Of a DNA stretch of 64,000 nucleotides, positions 1 through 10,261 are shown piece after piece. The DNA comes from Candidatus Latescibacterota bacterium (GTDB taxonomy: Bacteria > Latescibacterota > UBA2968), in NCBI GenBank assembly GCA_965205975.1, contig OZ242195.1, forward strand, positions 4,053,746 through 4,117,745. Reading direction: 5' to 3'. The stretch's first letter is position 1, and every line of letters starts with the position of its first letter. Under the pieces are notes generated by a model, which saw nothing but the letters and a program-made list of their open reading frames with translations, made no database searches and was not told where the DNA came from. The translations under genes and the position numbers were made by a program.

Positions 1-37
1 GAGACATAGTGGACTCCTTTTGAAAAAATAAATATCA

Positions 38-67
38 AACCCCAGGCGAAAATCGTCTGGGGTTTTT
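38..67. terminator. Intrinsic terminator-like hairpin downstream of the 105..473 gene
   Basis: aaaccccaggcg-aaaat-cgtctggggttttt inverted repeat with flanking A/T runs. Confidence 0.6.
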
Positions 68-104
68 ATGTCACAAATGGAAGGAGGGATACAGCACCAA
101 TCGG

Positions 105-473
105 TTAGCTATCAGCGGTCTCAGCCACAGAGGCACCCTTTGGTTTGCCGTGCATTCGTGCGTAAGTTTCTGCCAGAAGGTCTCGCAATTCTTCAGCAAT
201 CTCTGGATGAGGATCGCCAGCGAGGGCTTTGCAGGCCAGTTGTTCGGCTAAACGTGGTCGATTGCAATCCAAAGCCAGCCACCCTGCACTGCGGTGCAGC
301 ACCGACCAAGTTAGACCGTCCTGATCATACAGTTCGGCGATTGCAGCCAGTTCAAATTCCAACGCCTGCTCAAGAAACTCCGTTGCCCGTTCCTCGTTGC
401 TTCGCCGCCGTTCCAGATCAGCAAGATCAGCGAATTCCATAGCCTTGTTGTGAAGATCACTAACTTTGCTCAT
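105..473 (-). CDS. Hypothetical alpha-helical (TPR-like) protein, second gene of an overlapping pair
   Basis: ATG at 473 (MSKVSDLHNKAMEFAD); helical pattern with SVLHRSAGWLALDC; overlaps the 3' end of the upstream gene. Confidence 0.75.
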   Translation of the reverse strand: MSKVSDLHNKAMEFADLADLERRRSNEERATEFLEQALEFELAAIAELYDQDGLTWSVLHRSAGWLALDCNRPRLAEQLACKALAGDPHPEIAEELRDLLAETYARMHGKPKGASVAETADS

Positions 474-1056
474 TTCTCTTTTCTCCAACCTCGGCAAGTG
501 GCCTGCTAAATTCAACTACGATTACGTAAGCTGGCAATCTCAAAGCATTAGACCGGTTCATCTGTTGTAACTTTTGCTGCATTCTTGCTCTGACTTGGCG
601 GTCATTGCCCGCACGAATACCGGATACTTCCATCCTGCCTCGGACAACGAGGTTGTCATCTTGCAGAATGTGTCGCAAATCCGTCGTTACTTCGCGTTCA
701 ATAGCTGATATATTTAATATATCAGCATTACCCAGCCAGTAATCAAATCCCGTGCCTTTCCGTGAACGCGCAATAACGGTGTAACCAATTTCCTTGATTA
801 CCAATAGAATCGCTATGGCAGCAGCACCGGCCTCGGTAGCTTCATCGGGGTCATTCCAGGTCTGCAATGTCTGGTTATTTGCTGGCGTCCAAGCCATGGT
901 ATAGCTATTGTTAGCATATCCTTGAATTATAAGTTGGACACCCTGTTGGTGTCCTTGCAATTCCAAGCATACGGCCCCTGCCTGTGCCAGCTCATTGCCC
1001 TTTACTCGCGTGATACCAGGGATGTCATCAGTGTCCAGTTCATTCAAATTCAGCAT
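460..1056 (-). CDS. Hypothetical protein, possible PD-(D/E)XK-like nuclease fold
   Basis: 198-aa ORF with ATE.GA, KGTGFDYWLG and RMEVSGI motifs. Confidence 0.7.
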   Translation of the reverse strand: MLNLNELDTDDIPGITRVKGNELAQAGAVCLELQGHQQGVQLIIQGYANNSYTMAWTPANNQTLQTWNDPDEATEAGAAAIAILLVIKEIGYTVIARSRKGTGFDYWLGNADILNISAIEREVTTDLRHILQDDNLVVRGRMEVSGIRAGNDRQVRARMQQKLQQMNRSNALRLPAYVIVVEFSRPLAEVGEKRNEQS

Positions 1057-1119
1057 GTATTACCAGCTTCCATTGCGGCTTTGTTATGCCAGTCCGTATC
1101 AAATGACCAGCACTACCTA

Positions 1120-1147
1120 ATTATACGAGATAGAGGCGAAAAGGCAA
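1120..1147 (-). promoter_or_regulatory. Putative sigma-70 promoter for the 460..1056 pair
   Basis: Minus strand TTGCCT-16 nt-TATAAT. Confidence 0.45.
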
Positions 1148-1163
1148 ACCACTTTTGCGGCAG

Positions 1164-1868
1164 TTATTTTTTTAGCGCACAATTCCTTTCCCTCAGCGAC
1201 CAGGACTTATCCGGATTGTGATACAACCATTGCTCCACATTTCTTTTAATCCGGGACCATTCGGTATCCAGCATAGCAAACCATGTCGTATCCCGGTTGC
1301 GGTCTTTAACAATCATATGCTGGCGAAAAAGCCCTTCATAAGTGAACCCCAGGCGGAGCGCGGCAGACCGCGAGCGTCTATTGAGCGCATCGCACTTCCA
1401 CTCGACGCGGCGATAACCCATACAATCAAACGCCTCGCAAAGCATGAGATACGCCGCCTCGGTATTCACACACGTATTTTGTGCCTCCGGACCATACCAG
1501 ATATTCCCAAGCTCCAACCGTCGCGCATCGGACGCAATATTCAAAAAACTCACCATCCCAACAGGCCGATCAGATACTCTATCCCGAACACTAAAAAAGA
1601 GCGGATCCTCCGAATCTTCAATCCCCTCAAGCCACGCCTGCATATCCGACACATCTTCGAAAGGCCCATACGCCATATACGTCCACAACTGCTCCACAAA
1701 TTCCGTCCCGTGCGAACATGCAAATAACCCGGACGCATCCCTTTCGGGATCGAGTGGCGACAGCGCAATATACTGCCCCTCATAATCCACTCGTCGAGGG
1801 GTATGCACTTCAGACACAGACGGCACAAAATCGCCAACGGGAAGAGATGACATCTGTTTTGCCTCCAT
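1164..1868 (-). CDS. GNAT N-acetyltransferase, RimJ/RimL-like
   Basis: Motifs LELGNIWY, GYRRVEWKCDALN.RS..AA.RLGF.YEG.FR, RNRDT.WF; start may be 1853. Confidence 0.9.
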   Translation of the reverse strand: MEAKQMSSLPVGDFVPSVSEVHTPRRVDYEGQYIALSPLDPERDASGLFACSHGTEFVEQLWTYMAYGPFEDVSDMQAWLEGIEDSEDPLFFSVRDRVSDRPVGMVSFLNIASDARRLELGNIWYGPEAQNTCVNTEAAYLMLCEAFDCMGYRRVEWKCDALNRRSRSAALRLGFTYEGLFRQHMIVKDRNRDTTWFAMLDTEWSRIKRNVEQWLYHNPDKSWSLRERNCALKK

Positions 1869-1960
1869 AAGCTATAGTTGATGTGATATTCTGACTTTTC
1901 TGCCTATTCTTTGACAAAATCGAAACATTCGAGGTTTCCCCAAAACATCGTCCCAGAGAC

Positions 1961-1991
1961 AAAAAAAGCCCGTCCAAAAGGACGGGCTTCT
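1961..1991 (-). terminator. Intrinsic terminator after purA
   Basis: aagcccgtcc-aaaa-ggacgggctt stem with a U-tract on the minus strand. Confidence 0.8.
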
Positions 1992-2008
1992 CAGATAAGG
2001 AATCACAC

Positions 2009-3286
2009 TTACATCTCAATAATATCCTCCCGCCTCGGACCCACGGAAATCCACTTCACCGGAACCTCAAGCCACGCCTCGATATGCTTCACATAACGCT
2101 GTGCATTAGCTGGCAAATCCGAAAACCGGCGCACCGAAGAAATATCAGTTCTCCATCCCGGCAACTTTTCCAGAACAGGCGTCGCCCGATCCAGGAGGGA
2201 CGGAACCGGAAAAATATCTGTCTTCTCCCCATCGATATCATAAGCTGTACAAACCGGAATCTCATCCAGATAACCCAGCACATCGAGCAGCGACAACGCA
2301 ACCGCTGTCGCCCCTTGCATGCGACACCCATAGCGTGTAGCAACCGCATCGAACCAGCCCATCCTCCGGGGCCGCCCCGTCGTCGCACCGTACTCCCCTG
2401 CATCGCCGCCCCTCTCGCGAAGATCCTCCGCCTCCTCGCCAAAAATCTCAGAAATAAAAGGACCCGCCCCCACGCAAGAAGAATACGCCTTTGCAACAGC
2501 GACAACTTGCGTAATCGAATAAGGCGGAATCCCCGCCCCAATCGACGCAAAACCCGCCAACGTGGAAGAAGACGTAGGATAGGGATAAATACCGTGATCG
2601 GGATCGCGCAAAGCACCCAACTGCCCCTCCACGAGAATCTTCTTATTCTCCTTCAACGCATTGTGAAGCAACAACGACGTATCGCAAACATAAGACTCGA
2701 TCTGCTCTCCGGCCGCCATCAAATCTGGCACAACCTCCTCCAGAGACATCAGCGGCTTGTGATATAAATGCTCGAAAAGCACATTCTTCACCTCCAGCGC
2801 GCGCGCAACGCGATCCCGCAACCGGCCCTCATCGTACAAATCGGCAACCTGAACCCCCACCTTCAAATACTTATCCGAATAAAACGGCGCAATACCCGAC
2901 TTGGTCGAACCGTACTTTCGATCCCCCAACCGCTCCTCCTCGTACACATCCATCAGAAGATGATAGGGAAGCAACACCTGCGCTCGCTCGGATATACACA
3001 GATTCGGTTTCGGCACACCCCGGGCAATGAGATCATCTACCTCCTCTATAAAAGCCGGAATATTCAACGCGATCCCCGTACCGAGAATATTCGTCGTATG
3101 CGGATAAAACACGCCCGAAGGCAAAAGGTGAAGGGCAAATTTCCCATACTCATTAATAATCGTATGCCCGGCATTATTGCCACCCTGAAACCGAATAACA
3201 AAATCGGAATCCCGAGCCAGAACATCCGTCATCTTGCCCTTGCCTTCATCACCCCAATTTGCGCCTACAATTGCTGAAACAGACAT
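2009..3286 (-). CDS. purA: Adenylosuccinate synthetase
   Basis: GANWGDEGKGK, RFQGGNNAGHT and EYGATTGRPRRMGWFD signatures. Confidence 0.98.
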   Translation of the reverse strand: MSVSAIVGANWGDEGKGKMTDVLARDSDFVIRFQGGNNAGHTIINEYGKFALHLLPSGVFYPHTTNILGTGIALNIPAFIEEVDDLIARGVPKPNLCISERAQVLLPYHLLMDVYEEERLGDRKYGSTKSGIAPFYSDKYLKVGVQVADLYDEGRLRDRVARALEVKNVLFEHLYHKPLMSLEEVVPDLMAAGEQIESYVCDTSLLLHNALKENKKILVEGQLGALRDPDHGIYPYPTSSSTLAGFASIGAGIPPYSITQVVAVAKAYSSCVGAGPFISEIFGEEAEDLRERGGDAGEYGATTGRPRRMGWFDAVATRYGCRMQGATAVALSLLDVLGYLDEIPVCTAYDIDGEKTDIFPVPSLLDRATPVLEKLPGWRTDISSVRRFSDLPANAQRYVKHIEAWLEVPVKWISVGPRREDIIEM

Positions 3287-3324
3287 TTTTTATCCTTTTT
3301 TATAAGCAGTCAGCAAAAACTTCC

Positions 3325-3355
3325 TGGATCGCGGCTTTAAGCATGCCGCGATGAC
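3325..3355. repeat. Intergenic palindromic repeat (GTCAT-type), copy 1
   Basis: tggatcgcggc..catgccgcgatgac; second copy at 21056-21087. Confidence 0.65.
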
Positions 3356-3377
3356 GTGCCTTCTCACTTCACACTTC

Positions 3378-4964
3378 TTATAGCTTCACCTGTTTAACCC
3401 AGTTCACAAACTCCTGAGACACAATATCGCCCAGCACCTCATCCCGCACTGGCGTATCAATATTAAAAACCATAATCGCCTCCCCACCCTGGCTCCTGCG
3501 CCCCAGCGCCATATCGGAAATATTGATCCCATTTACCGCAAACAAATTGCCCATATGCCCCACCACACCGGGCACATCCCGATTGCCCAAAACGATCATA
3601 TTCCCCTCGAGCTTTGCCTTCACCTCAATATCATCTATGCGAACCAATCGCAAATCCCGGCGCCCAAAAACCGTCGCCGAAATCGATGTCGTCTCTTCCG
3701 AAGTCTCGACATCTATCGTAATCAAATTGCTATAATCCGCGTGACTACTCTTGGACTCTTCAACCCGAATACTGCGTGCCTTAGCCCATAAAGGCGCGTT
3801 GACCAGCGTCACCGGCTCCTCAGTCTGATATCCAAAAATACCTTTCAAAACCGCAGCCGTAAGCGGCGCCGTAGCGTATTCCTGAATCACACCCTGATAT
3901 CGATTAATCACCCTGTGCAAATGCCCGCCCATAAGTTGCGCGTGCAACGACCCCACCTTTTCTGCCAGCGACAAATAAGGACTAATCGCATCGAAATATT
4001 CCGGATCAATCGGCGGTAAATTGATACCACTCGGAACGGGCTTACCCTGCAGCGCAGCGCACAAATCCAGGGCAATCTGCCGCGCCACATTTTCCTGCGC
4101 CTCAAATGTCGAAGCCCCCAGATGCGGCGTAGAAACCACTTCTGACCTTCTAATTAGCGGATGATCAACCGAAGGCGGCTCCTCGCCAAACACATCCAAT
4201 GCAGCCCCTGCGACCTTCCCCGCTTCAATCGCCTTGGCAAGTGCGTCCTCATTCACAAGCTCGCCCCGCGCGCAATTAATAATACGCACCCCATCTTTGC
4301 ACCTTGCAAGCGCCGATGAAGAAATGAGATGATGCGTCTGATCTGTAAACGCTGCGTGCAACGTAATATAATCCGACCTGGCAAAAATCTCATCGTAAGA
4401 AGCCTGCTGTATATGCAACTGCCGCGCCAGATCATCCGACAAAAAAGGATCGGCACCCAACAACGTCATACCAAAAGCATGCGCGCGTCGCGCCACTTGC
4501 TGACCCACGCGCCCCACGCCGATAATACCCAAAATTTTGCCGTATAATTCAACACCCGTATATTTGCCGCGCTCCCATTCGCCAGCTTTAAGCGATGCTG
4601 TCGCCTGGGGGATATTGCGAGACAGCGCCATCATCATAGCCATCGCGTATTCGGCGGCAGAAATCGTATTGCCACCCGGTGCATTCATCACCACAATCCC
4701 CCGCTCAGTCGCGGCTTCCACATCGATATTATCCACACCAGCGCCCGCCCGACCAATCGCGCGAAGATTCACACCCTCTTCAATCACCCGCCGCGTAACC
4801 TCCGTTGCACTGCGCACAATCAGCCCGGCATAATCGCCAATAATCTCGCACAATTCATCTTCAGACAGACCCGTATTCACATCGACTTCTATATCTGAAG
4901 AAGCAAAAACATCCTGCCAACCATCAGCCAGGGAATCGGCAATCAGAACCTTTTCCATTTTCAC
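3378..4964 (-). CDS. serA: D-3-phosphoglycerate dehydrogenase (long form with ACT domain)
   Basis: RAGAGVDNID, GIIGVGRVG, INCARG, TPHLGAST and C-terminal NRDVPGVVG. Confidence 0.96.
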   Translation of the reverse strand: MKMEKVLIADSLADGWQDVFASSDIEVDVNTGLSEDELCEIIGDYAGLIVRSATEVTRRVIEEGVNLRAIGRAGAGVDNIDVEAATERGIVVMNAPGGNTISAAEYAMAMMMALSRNIPQATASLKAGEWERGKYTGVELYGKILGIIGVGRVGQQVARRAHAFGMTLLGADPFLSDDLARQLHIQQASYDEIFARSDYITLHAAFTDQTHHLISSSALARCKDGVRIINCARGELVNEDALAKAIEAGKVAGAALDVFGEEPPSVDHPLIRRSEVVSTPHLGASTFEAQENVARQIALDLCAALQGKPVPSGINLPPIDPEYFDAISPYLSLAEKVGSLHAQLMGGHLHRVINRYQGVIQEYATAPLTAAVLKGIFGYQTEEPVTLVNAPLWAKARSIRVEESKSSHADYSNLITIDVETSEETTSISATVFGRRDLRLVRIDDIEVKAKLEGNMIVLGNRDVPGVVGHMGNLFAVNGINISDMALGRRSQGGEAIMVFNIDTPVRDEVLGDIVSQEFVNWVKQVKL

Positions 4965-6065
4965 TCAATGTCCTCTCGCATCCACGGCCCATGTTTCTAC
5001 AAACATCCCGTTTTCATCAATCACGCACACCTCATCCCACAAATTCACGGTCGTACACACATGGCGCGGCACCAGATAAAATTGATCGCCCACACGCGGT
5101 CGCGGTGTGCCCTCCGGCACAGACAACAACTGGTGTTCCTCATTGCGCCGCACAAACGCAATATCATCAGGCAACCCCATCGCTCGAAAATGGGGCGCAG
5201 GCGTATCGGGCGCAACCGATTTACTGCCCGCATCCAGCGTGATCAGATGATCAGCAGTCGTACTGATCACACTGGACAAAACCAGTGCTGCCCATTCAAA
5301 GGGACTCTGCAACTTGTCACCATACCCCATATCCCAAAAAATCCACGTACCCGGCGAAACCTCATCTACCCCATCCACCCGTTGCGTATGCTCAAAACCC
5401 GGCGACCCCGAAGCCACCATTTTTTTCATCTCAATCCCAGAACGTTCTATCAGACCTCGGGTCTCAACAGCCCGCTCAATCGACTCAATCGCCGTCTTCT
5501 GACGCATATCCCCATCGAAATCACCCACATGCCCGTCATACACATGCAAACCCGCAAAACACAACCCCGGCGACTGTGCAATCTGCTGTGCCAAAGCCAA
5601 CGAAGGCGCGCCGGGCAATGCCCCCGTGCGATTCATCCCCGTATTGACATCCACCATAACACCCAGACGTACATCCGCCGATGTGCAAGCATCGGACAAC
5701 GCCTGAATATTATCCGCATCATCCGCAATAATTTTCAAATCGGTATCGGGGTACAACCGCTTCAAATCCACCACGCGCCCGATATTTGCCCCCACGATAT
5801 GATAAGAAATCAACACATCGGTCGCACCAATCGCAGCGAGCATCGCCGCCTCTTTGGGCGTTGCACACTTAAACTTATCAATCCCCTCATTCATCTCCAT
5901 ACGCGCAATCTGCGACATCTTATGCGTCTTGATATGCGGACGCAAACGCGCATAACCACCCATCATATCTCCAATCGCGCGAATATTATGCGCCACCGCC
6001 TCCTTGTAAACCAACAGCGCAGGCGTGGGAATCTCCTCGGCATTCTTTACCCGATAGTCAAGCAT
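4965..6065 (-). CDS. PLP-dependent enzyme, D-threonine aldolase/D-serine deaminase family (alanine-racemase fold)
   Basis: TPALLV, LRPHIKTHK, GMNRTG, YDGH, DAGSK, EEH, PRHVCTTVNLWD. Confidence 0.9.
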   Translation of the reverse strand: MLDYRVKNAEEIPTPALLVYKEAVAHNIRAIGDMMGGYARLRPHIKTHKMSQIARMEMNEGIDKFKCATPKEAAMLAAIGATDVLISYHIVGANIGRVVDLKRLYPDTDLKIIADDADNIQALSDACTSADVRLGVMVDVNTGMNRTGALPGAPSLALAQQIAQSPGLCFAGLHVYDGHVGDFDGDMRQKTAIESIERAVETRGLIERSGIEMKKMVASGSPGFEHTQRVDGVDEVSPGTWIFWDMGYGDKLQSPFEWAALVLSSVISTTADHLITLDAGSKSVAPDTPAPHFRAMGLPDDIAFVRRNEEHQLLSVPEGTPRPRVGDQFYLVPRHVCTTVNLWDEVCVIDENGMFVETWAVDARGH

Positions 6066-6645
6066 TCAGCACCTCTCCAATCCATCGCCAAACCGCGTCT
6101 TTGCCGCGACCCGTCGTAGCGGAAAACGGCAACAGATCAATATCCCCATGCAAAGCGAGCATGCGTCGCGTTTGATCCAATCGACTTTTGAGTTTATGCC
6201 CCGACAGCTTATCGGCCTTGGTAGCAACCACTACAAACGGCTTGTTGCCGTGTACCAGCCAATCGACCATCTGCAAATCATCTCGGCTCGGATCGTGCCT
6301 CGCATCAATTAACTGAACAAAACCCCTGATTGAAGGCCGATCCTGCACATACCCCTCAATCAGCTTTCCCCACGCCTGACGCTCTTCCCAACTGCGCTTT
6401 GCATAGCCATAACCGGGCAAATCGACAAAATAATACGCCTGGTTTACACGGTAAAAATTCAGCGTTCGCGTCTTCCCGGGCGTACTGCTGGTCTTCGCCA
6501 AATTTTTCCGATTGAACAGCCGATTGAGCAACGACGACTTGCCCACATTTGAACGCCCTGCAAATGCAATCTCAGCCATCCCATCGCGGGGCAACTGCCT
6601 CAAAAAACCAACACTCGTAACAAATTCGGCAGAATGGAATTGCAT
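6058..6645 (-). CDS. engB: Ribosome biogenesis GTP-binding protein YihA/YsxC
   Basis: GRSNVGKSS, PGKT, DLPGYGY, TKADK; directly downstream of clpX. Confidence 0.96.
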   Translation of the reverse strand: MQFHSAEFVTSVGFLRQLPRDGMAEIAFAGRSNVGKSSLLNRLFNRKNLAKTSSTPGKTRTLNFYRVNQAYYFVDLPGYGYAKRSWEERQAWGKLIEGYVQDRPSIRGFVQLIDARHDPSRDDLQMVDWLVHGNKPFVVVATKADKLSGHKLKSRLDQTRRMLALHGDIDLLPFSATTGRGKDAVWRWIGEVLNA

Positions 6646-6806
6646 GTTAGTAACCAGTTGTCAGTTCGCCCACCGAAAAGGCACGACACGCCTTTTATCT
6701 GTGTCCATCGGTGTTCATCTGTGGTTGCTTTTCGCTTCTTCCACACAAACGAAAACCGGGGTCCAATTCGGCCCCGGTTCCCCATCTTTGGGAAATATCT
6801 ATCTCT

Positions 6807-8054
6807 TTAAGCGCGTTTTTGGGTCGATTCGAGAACTTCAATACGCGGCTTGTTGCGGTTTTGAACCATATCGCAGGTCACTGTGACCTCGGTCAGGTCC
6901 TCATTGGTGGGTATATCGTACATCAAATCCGTCATAACGGCTTCGAGAACCGACCGCAACCCGCGCGCACCTGTACCCTTTTCCTGCGTAATGCGAACAA
7001 CCTCGCGCAGCGCGTCATCCTCAAAAGTCAGCTCAACCCCATCGAGCTCAAACAACTTTTGATATTGCTTGGTAATTGCATTTTGCGGTTCCGTCAAAAT
7101 TTGCAACAGAGCAGCCTCGTCCAGATTGCCCAACGCACACATTACGGGCATTCGCCCAACCAGTTCTGGAATCAAACCGTACTTAATCAAATCTTCCGGC
7201 TCGGCATGCTGAAAAATCTCACCGGTACTTTGCTCATCCAAATCGTTCGAATCGGACCCAAAACCAATGGTCTTCTTGCCGATGCGGGTGCTAATAACGC
7301 TTTCCAAACCATCAAATGCGCCGCCACAAATAAACAGAATATTTTTTGTATTGAGCTGAATCAGAGGTTGCTCGGGATGCTTGCGCCCCCCCTTGGGCGG
7401 AATACTCGCCACCGTACCTTCCAGAATTTTCAACAAAGCCTGCTGAACACCTTCCCCAGACACATCGCGCGTAATAGACGGATTGGCCGACTTTCGAGAA
7501 ATTTTATCGACCTCGTCCAAATACAAAATACCCATCTCTGCCTGCGCCACATCGTAATCCGCCGCCTGAAGCAGGCGCACCAGGATATTCTCAACATCTT
7601 CGCCAACATACCCCGCTTCGGTCAAAATAGTGGCATCTGCAATCGAAAATGGAACCTGCAAAATGCGCGCCAGCGTTTGCGCCAAAAGCGTCTTGCCAGT
7701 ACCCGTAGGCCCCATAAGCAAAATATTGCTCTTATCGAGTTCGACATCATCCGCAGACTGATTGGACCGAATGCGCTTGTAGTGATTATACACCGCAACC
7801 GAAAGAACGCGCTTGGCGCGCTCTTGACCAATCACATAATCGTCGAGACGGGCCTTAATCTCCTGCGGCTTGGGCAACCCTTTGTGAAGCGTCACGGGCT
7901 TTTTGAGATCGTCTTCTCGCAAAACCTCATTGCACAGCTTGATACACTCACTGCAAATATTCACGCTCGGGCCAGTGACGATCTTATCGACCTGATCGGC
8001 ACTCTTGCCACAAAAAGAACAGCGAATTTCTGTTCTGGAAGTCCGTCGTTTCAT
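6807..8054 (-). CDS. clpX: ATP-dependent Clp protease ATP-binding subunit
   Basis: CSFCGK zinc finger, [35 protein letters not shown] loop. Confidence 0.98.
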   Translation of the reverse strand: MKRRTSRTEIRCSFCGKSADQVDKIVTGPSVNICSECIKLCNEVLREDDLKKPVTLHKGLPKPQEIKARLDDYVIGQERAKRVLSVAVYNHYKRIRSNQSADDVELDKSNILLMGPTGTGKTLLAQTLARILQVPFSIADATILTEAGYVGEDVENILVRLLQAADYDVAQAEMGILYLDEVDKISRKSANPSITRDVSGEGVQQALLKILEGTVASIPPKGGRKHPEQPLIQLNTKNILFICGGAFDGLESVISTRIGKKTIGFGSDSNDLDEQSTGEIFQHAEPEDLIKYGLIPELVGRMPVMCALGNLDEAALLQILTEPQNAITKQYQKLFELDGVELTFEDDALREVVRITQEKGTGARGLRSVLEAVMTDLMYDIPTNEDLTEVTVTCDMVQNRNKPRIEVLESTQKRA

Positions 8055-8066
8055 AACGCCCACTCC

Positions 8067-8684
8067 TCATAACAAGGCTTCGTCGATATCGGGGTTAGAA
8101 TTTTGATCGGGAATGAGCACTTCGTCAATCAAGCCATAATCCTTTGCCTCATCAGCCGACATAAAGAAATCGCGGTCCGCATCCCTTTCTATGCGCTCAA
8201 TACCCTGACCTGTACATTCGGATAAAATGGCGTTCAAACGGTCGCGATATTGCAAAATCTCTTCGGCATGTCGCTCGATATCCGAAGCCTGACCGCCTGC
8301 GCCACCAATGGGTTGATGCAGCAAAATGCGAGAATTTGGCAATGCGCGGCGCTGCCCCTTTGTACCCCCTGCAAGAAGCACCGCGCCCAGCGAAAAAGCC
8401 TGACCTACACAAACCGTTTCAACATCGTTGGGCACGTATTGCATCGTATCGTAAATCGCCAAACCCGCCGTAATACTACCGCCGGGAGAATTGATATACA
8501 GCCGAATAGGCTTCTCGGGTGTTTCAGACGTGCAAAACAACATCTGAGCAATCACCAGATTGGCAATCGTATCGTTAATCGGCGTACCAATAAAAATAAT
8601 ATTATCGCGCAACAGCCGCGAAAAAATGTCATAAGCGCGCTCGCCACGCCCTGTTTGTTCAAGAACTGTAGGAACCAGAGCCAC
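8067..8684 (-). CDS. clpP: Clp protease proteolytic subunit
   Basis: [26 protein letters not shown] (catalytic Ser), LLHQP. Confidence 0.97.
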   Translation of the reverse strand: MALVPTVLEQTGRGERAYDIFSRLLRDNIIFIGTPINDTIANLVIAQMLFCTSETPEKPIRLYINSPGGSITAGLAIYDTMQYVPNDVETVCVGQAFSLGAVLLAGGTKGQRRALPNSRILLHQPIGGAGGQASDIERHAEEILQYRDRLNAILSECTGQGIERIERDADRDFFMSADEAKDYGLIDEVLIPDQNSNPDIDEALL

Positions 8685-8717
8685 ATTAAACTCCGTTTTA
8701 TTGTTTAAATGAAAAAA

Positions 8718-10061
8718 CTATTCGCCTTCAATTTCCTCAACATCTTCGACATCTGCGTTATCGATGAGAAAATCAAACGTCTTCTGCGTTTTAATCTCCG
8801 ACTCAATCTGATCGAGTTGTTCGGTTCGGCTCAAAATCTGACGCAGACGCGGCCCTTCGATATTGTGCCGTTGCGACATCTCTTCGAGATGCTTGTCCAG
8901 ATCGTCATCGGTCACCTCGATATTTTCCTGATCGGCAACAGCATCCAGCAACAAAAAGCGTTTAACACCGCGCTCGGCTTGATCGCGCCCTTCTTCGCGA
9001 AGCGCATCTTCGTCAATCCCCTGATCGTGACCCGCTTGCTCCCGCTTGTACGACTCAATCATACCATCGAGATAGTTTTCGACCATGCTATCGGGAACCT
9101 CAAAAGGATTCTCCTCGATCAGCGCATCCATCAAATTTTCCTCAACGCGCTGGCGAATAGCCTGATCGTACTGCGCCTGCATCTCATTGCGAATCTGCGT
9201 CTTGAGTTCGTCCAACGTCTCCACACCGCCGACATCCTGAGCCAACTCGTCATCCAACTCGGGCAACTCGCGCTCGCGTATTTCTTTCGCCATCACGCGA
9301 AACATCACAGTCTCTTCTTTCGGTCCTTCGTCTTGATCCCCATGATCGTGGTCATCGTGATCGTGGTCACAATCCTCGTGATCGTGCTCATCCTGAACGG
9401 GCCGCGTAATTTTAACCTCACGGGACTCACCGGCCGAAATGCCCATCAATTGCTCTGCCAAATCAGTCGGCTTATCGTCTTCCGTCTTAAACAACCGAAT
9501 CGATTGATCTTCTGACCTGTGATCGGCCACGGGACTGCCGCCCTCATCGAGCTCTTCGACATCGGCAAAAACCACATCGTCGAGATCGGCAGCACGCTCC
9601 ACGACCTGCTCGGTAGCACTTTCCTCTTGCATATATCGCAGCCGACTGTCAACATGCTCGTCTTCAACTGCAAACACGGGGCGCGTCACCTTCAACCCCT
9701 TATAGGTCTCCACGGTTATCTCTGGACGGACATCGACAGAAGCCTTGAACACCAGAGGCTGTCCCTCTTCAAAATTGATATCGTCAATACTCGCCTGAGA
9801 AACGGGTTGAATCCCTTCGGCTTCACTCGCCTCCCGGTAAAATTCCTCGACCATCTCCTGGACAACCTCGCCCTGGATAGCCGGCCCAAATTGCCGTTTA
9901 ATAACGCTCAGGGGAACTTTACCCTTGCGAAAACCCGGCAAATTGAGGGTCTTGCTGTATTTCCTGTAAGCGTCATTGAGACGCTTGTCCACATCTTCGG
10001 CCGGGGCCTCAATCTCCAATGTTCGACGCCACGTTCCCGACTCGGTCACCTGCACATTCAT
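8718..10061 (-). CDS. tig: Trigger factor with His/Asp-rich insertion
   Basis: PGFRKGKVP ribosome-binding motif; tig-clpP-clpX synteny; start MNVQVTE at 10061. Confidence 0.95.
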   Translation of the reverse strand: MNVQVTESGTWRRTLEIEAPAEDVDKRLNDAYRKYSKTLNLPGFRKGKVPLSVIKRQFGPAIQGEVVQEMVEEFYREASEAEGIQPVSQASIDDINFEEGQPLVFKASVDVRPEITVETYKGLKVTRPVFAVEDEHVDSRLRYMQEESATEQVVERAADLDDVVFADVEELDEGGSPVADHRSEDQSIRLFKTEDDKPTDLAEQLMGISAGESREVKITRPVQDEHDHEDCDHDHDDHDHGDQDEGPKEETVMFRVMAKEIRERELPELDDELAQDVGGVETLDELKTQIRNEMQAQYDQAIRQRVEENLMDALIEENPFEVPDSMVENYLDGMIESYKREQAGHDQGIDEDALREEGRDQAERGVKRFLLLDAVADQENIEVTDDDLDKHLEEMSQRHNIEGPRLRQILSRTEQLDQIESEIKTQKTFDFLIDNADVEDVEEIEGE

Positions 10062-10118
10062 CGCGTTGGATAATCCTTTCTTTAATAATACTTCACTAAC
10101 TAACTGGACCAACGAGCA

Positions 10119-10147
10119 ATAATAAACAAATGAAAACGCTTTGTCAA
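10119..10147 (-). promoter_or_regulatory. Putative sigma-70 promoter of the tig operon
   Basis: Minus strand TTGACA-17 nt-TATTAT. Confidence 0.65.
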
Positions 10148-10184
10148 TGGCGTTGGGGATGATGTTCACCTATCAGCGATCAGC

Positions 10185-10257
10185 GGGCGACCACAGGGAG
10201 TCGCCCCTACAAACCACAATATCATCGTAGGGGACGGCCCCTGTGCCGTGCCGTCCC
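10185..10257. repeat. Pair of GTAG-family REP palindromes (REPIN-like doublet)
   Basis: gggcgacc..gtcgcccctac and gtaggggacggcc..ccgtccc; related copies at 16386, 17883, 58565. Confidence 0.7.
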
Positions 10258-10261
10258 GGCC

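Noticed and set aside
1-7. Start of a minus-strand gene running off the window (ATG at 7 with AAGGAG upstream)
   Set aside because: Only two codons are visible, so it cannot be annotated
6711-8072. Long + strand ORFs antisense to clpX, and similar ones opposite purA, tig, the PLP enzyme and the permeases
   Set aside because: Shadow frames of well-supported genes, with no recognisable motifs
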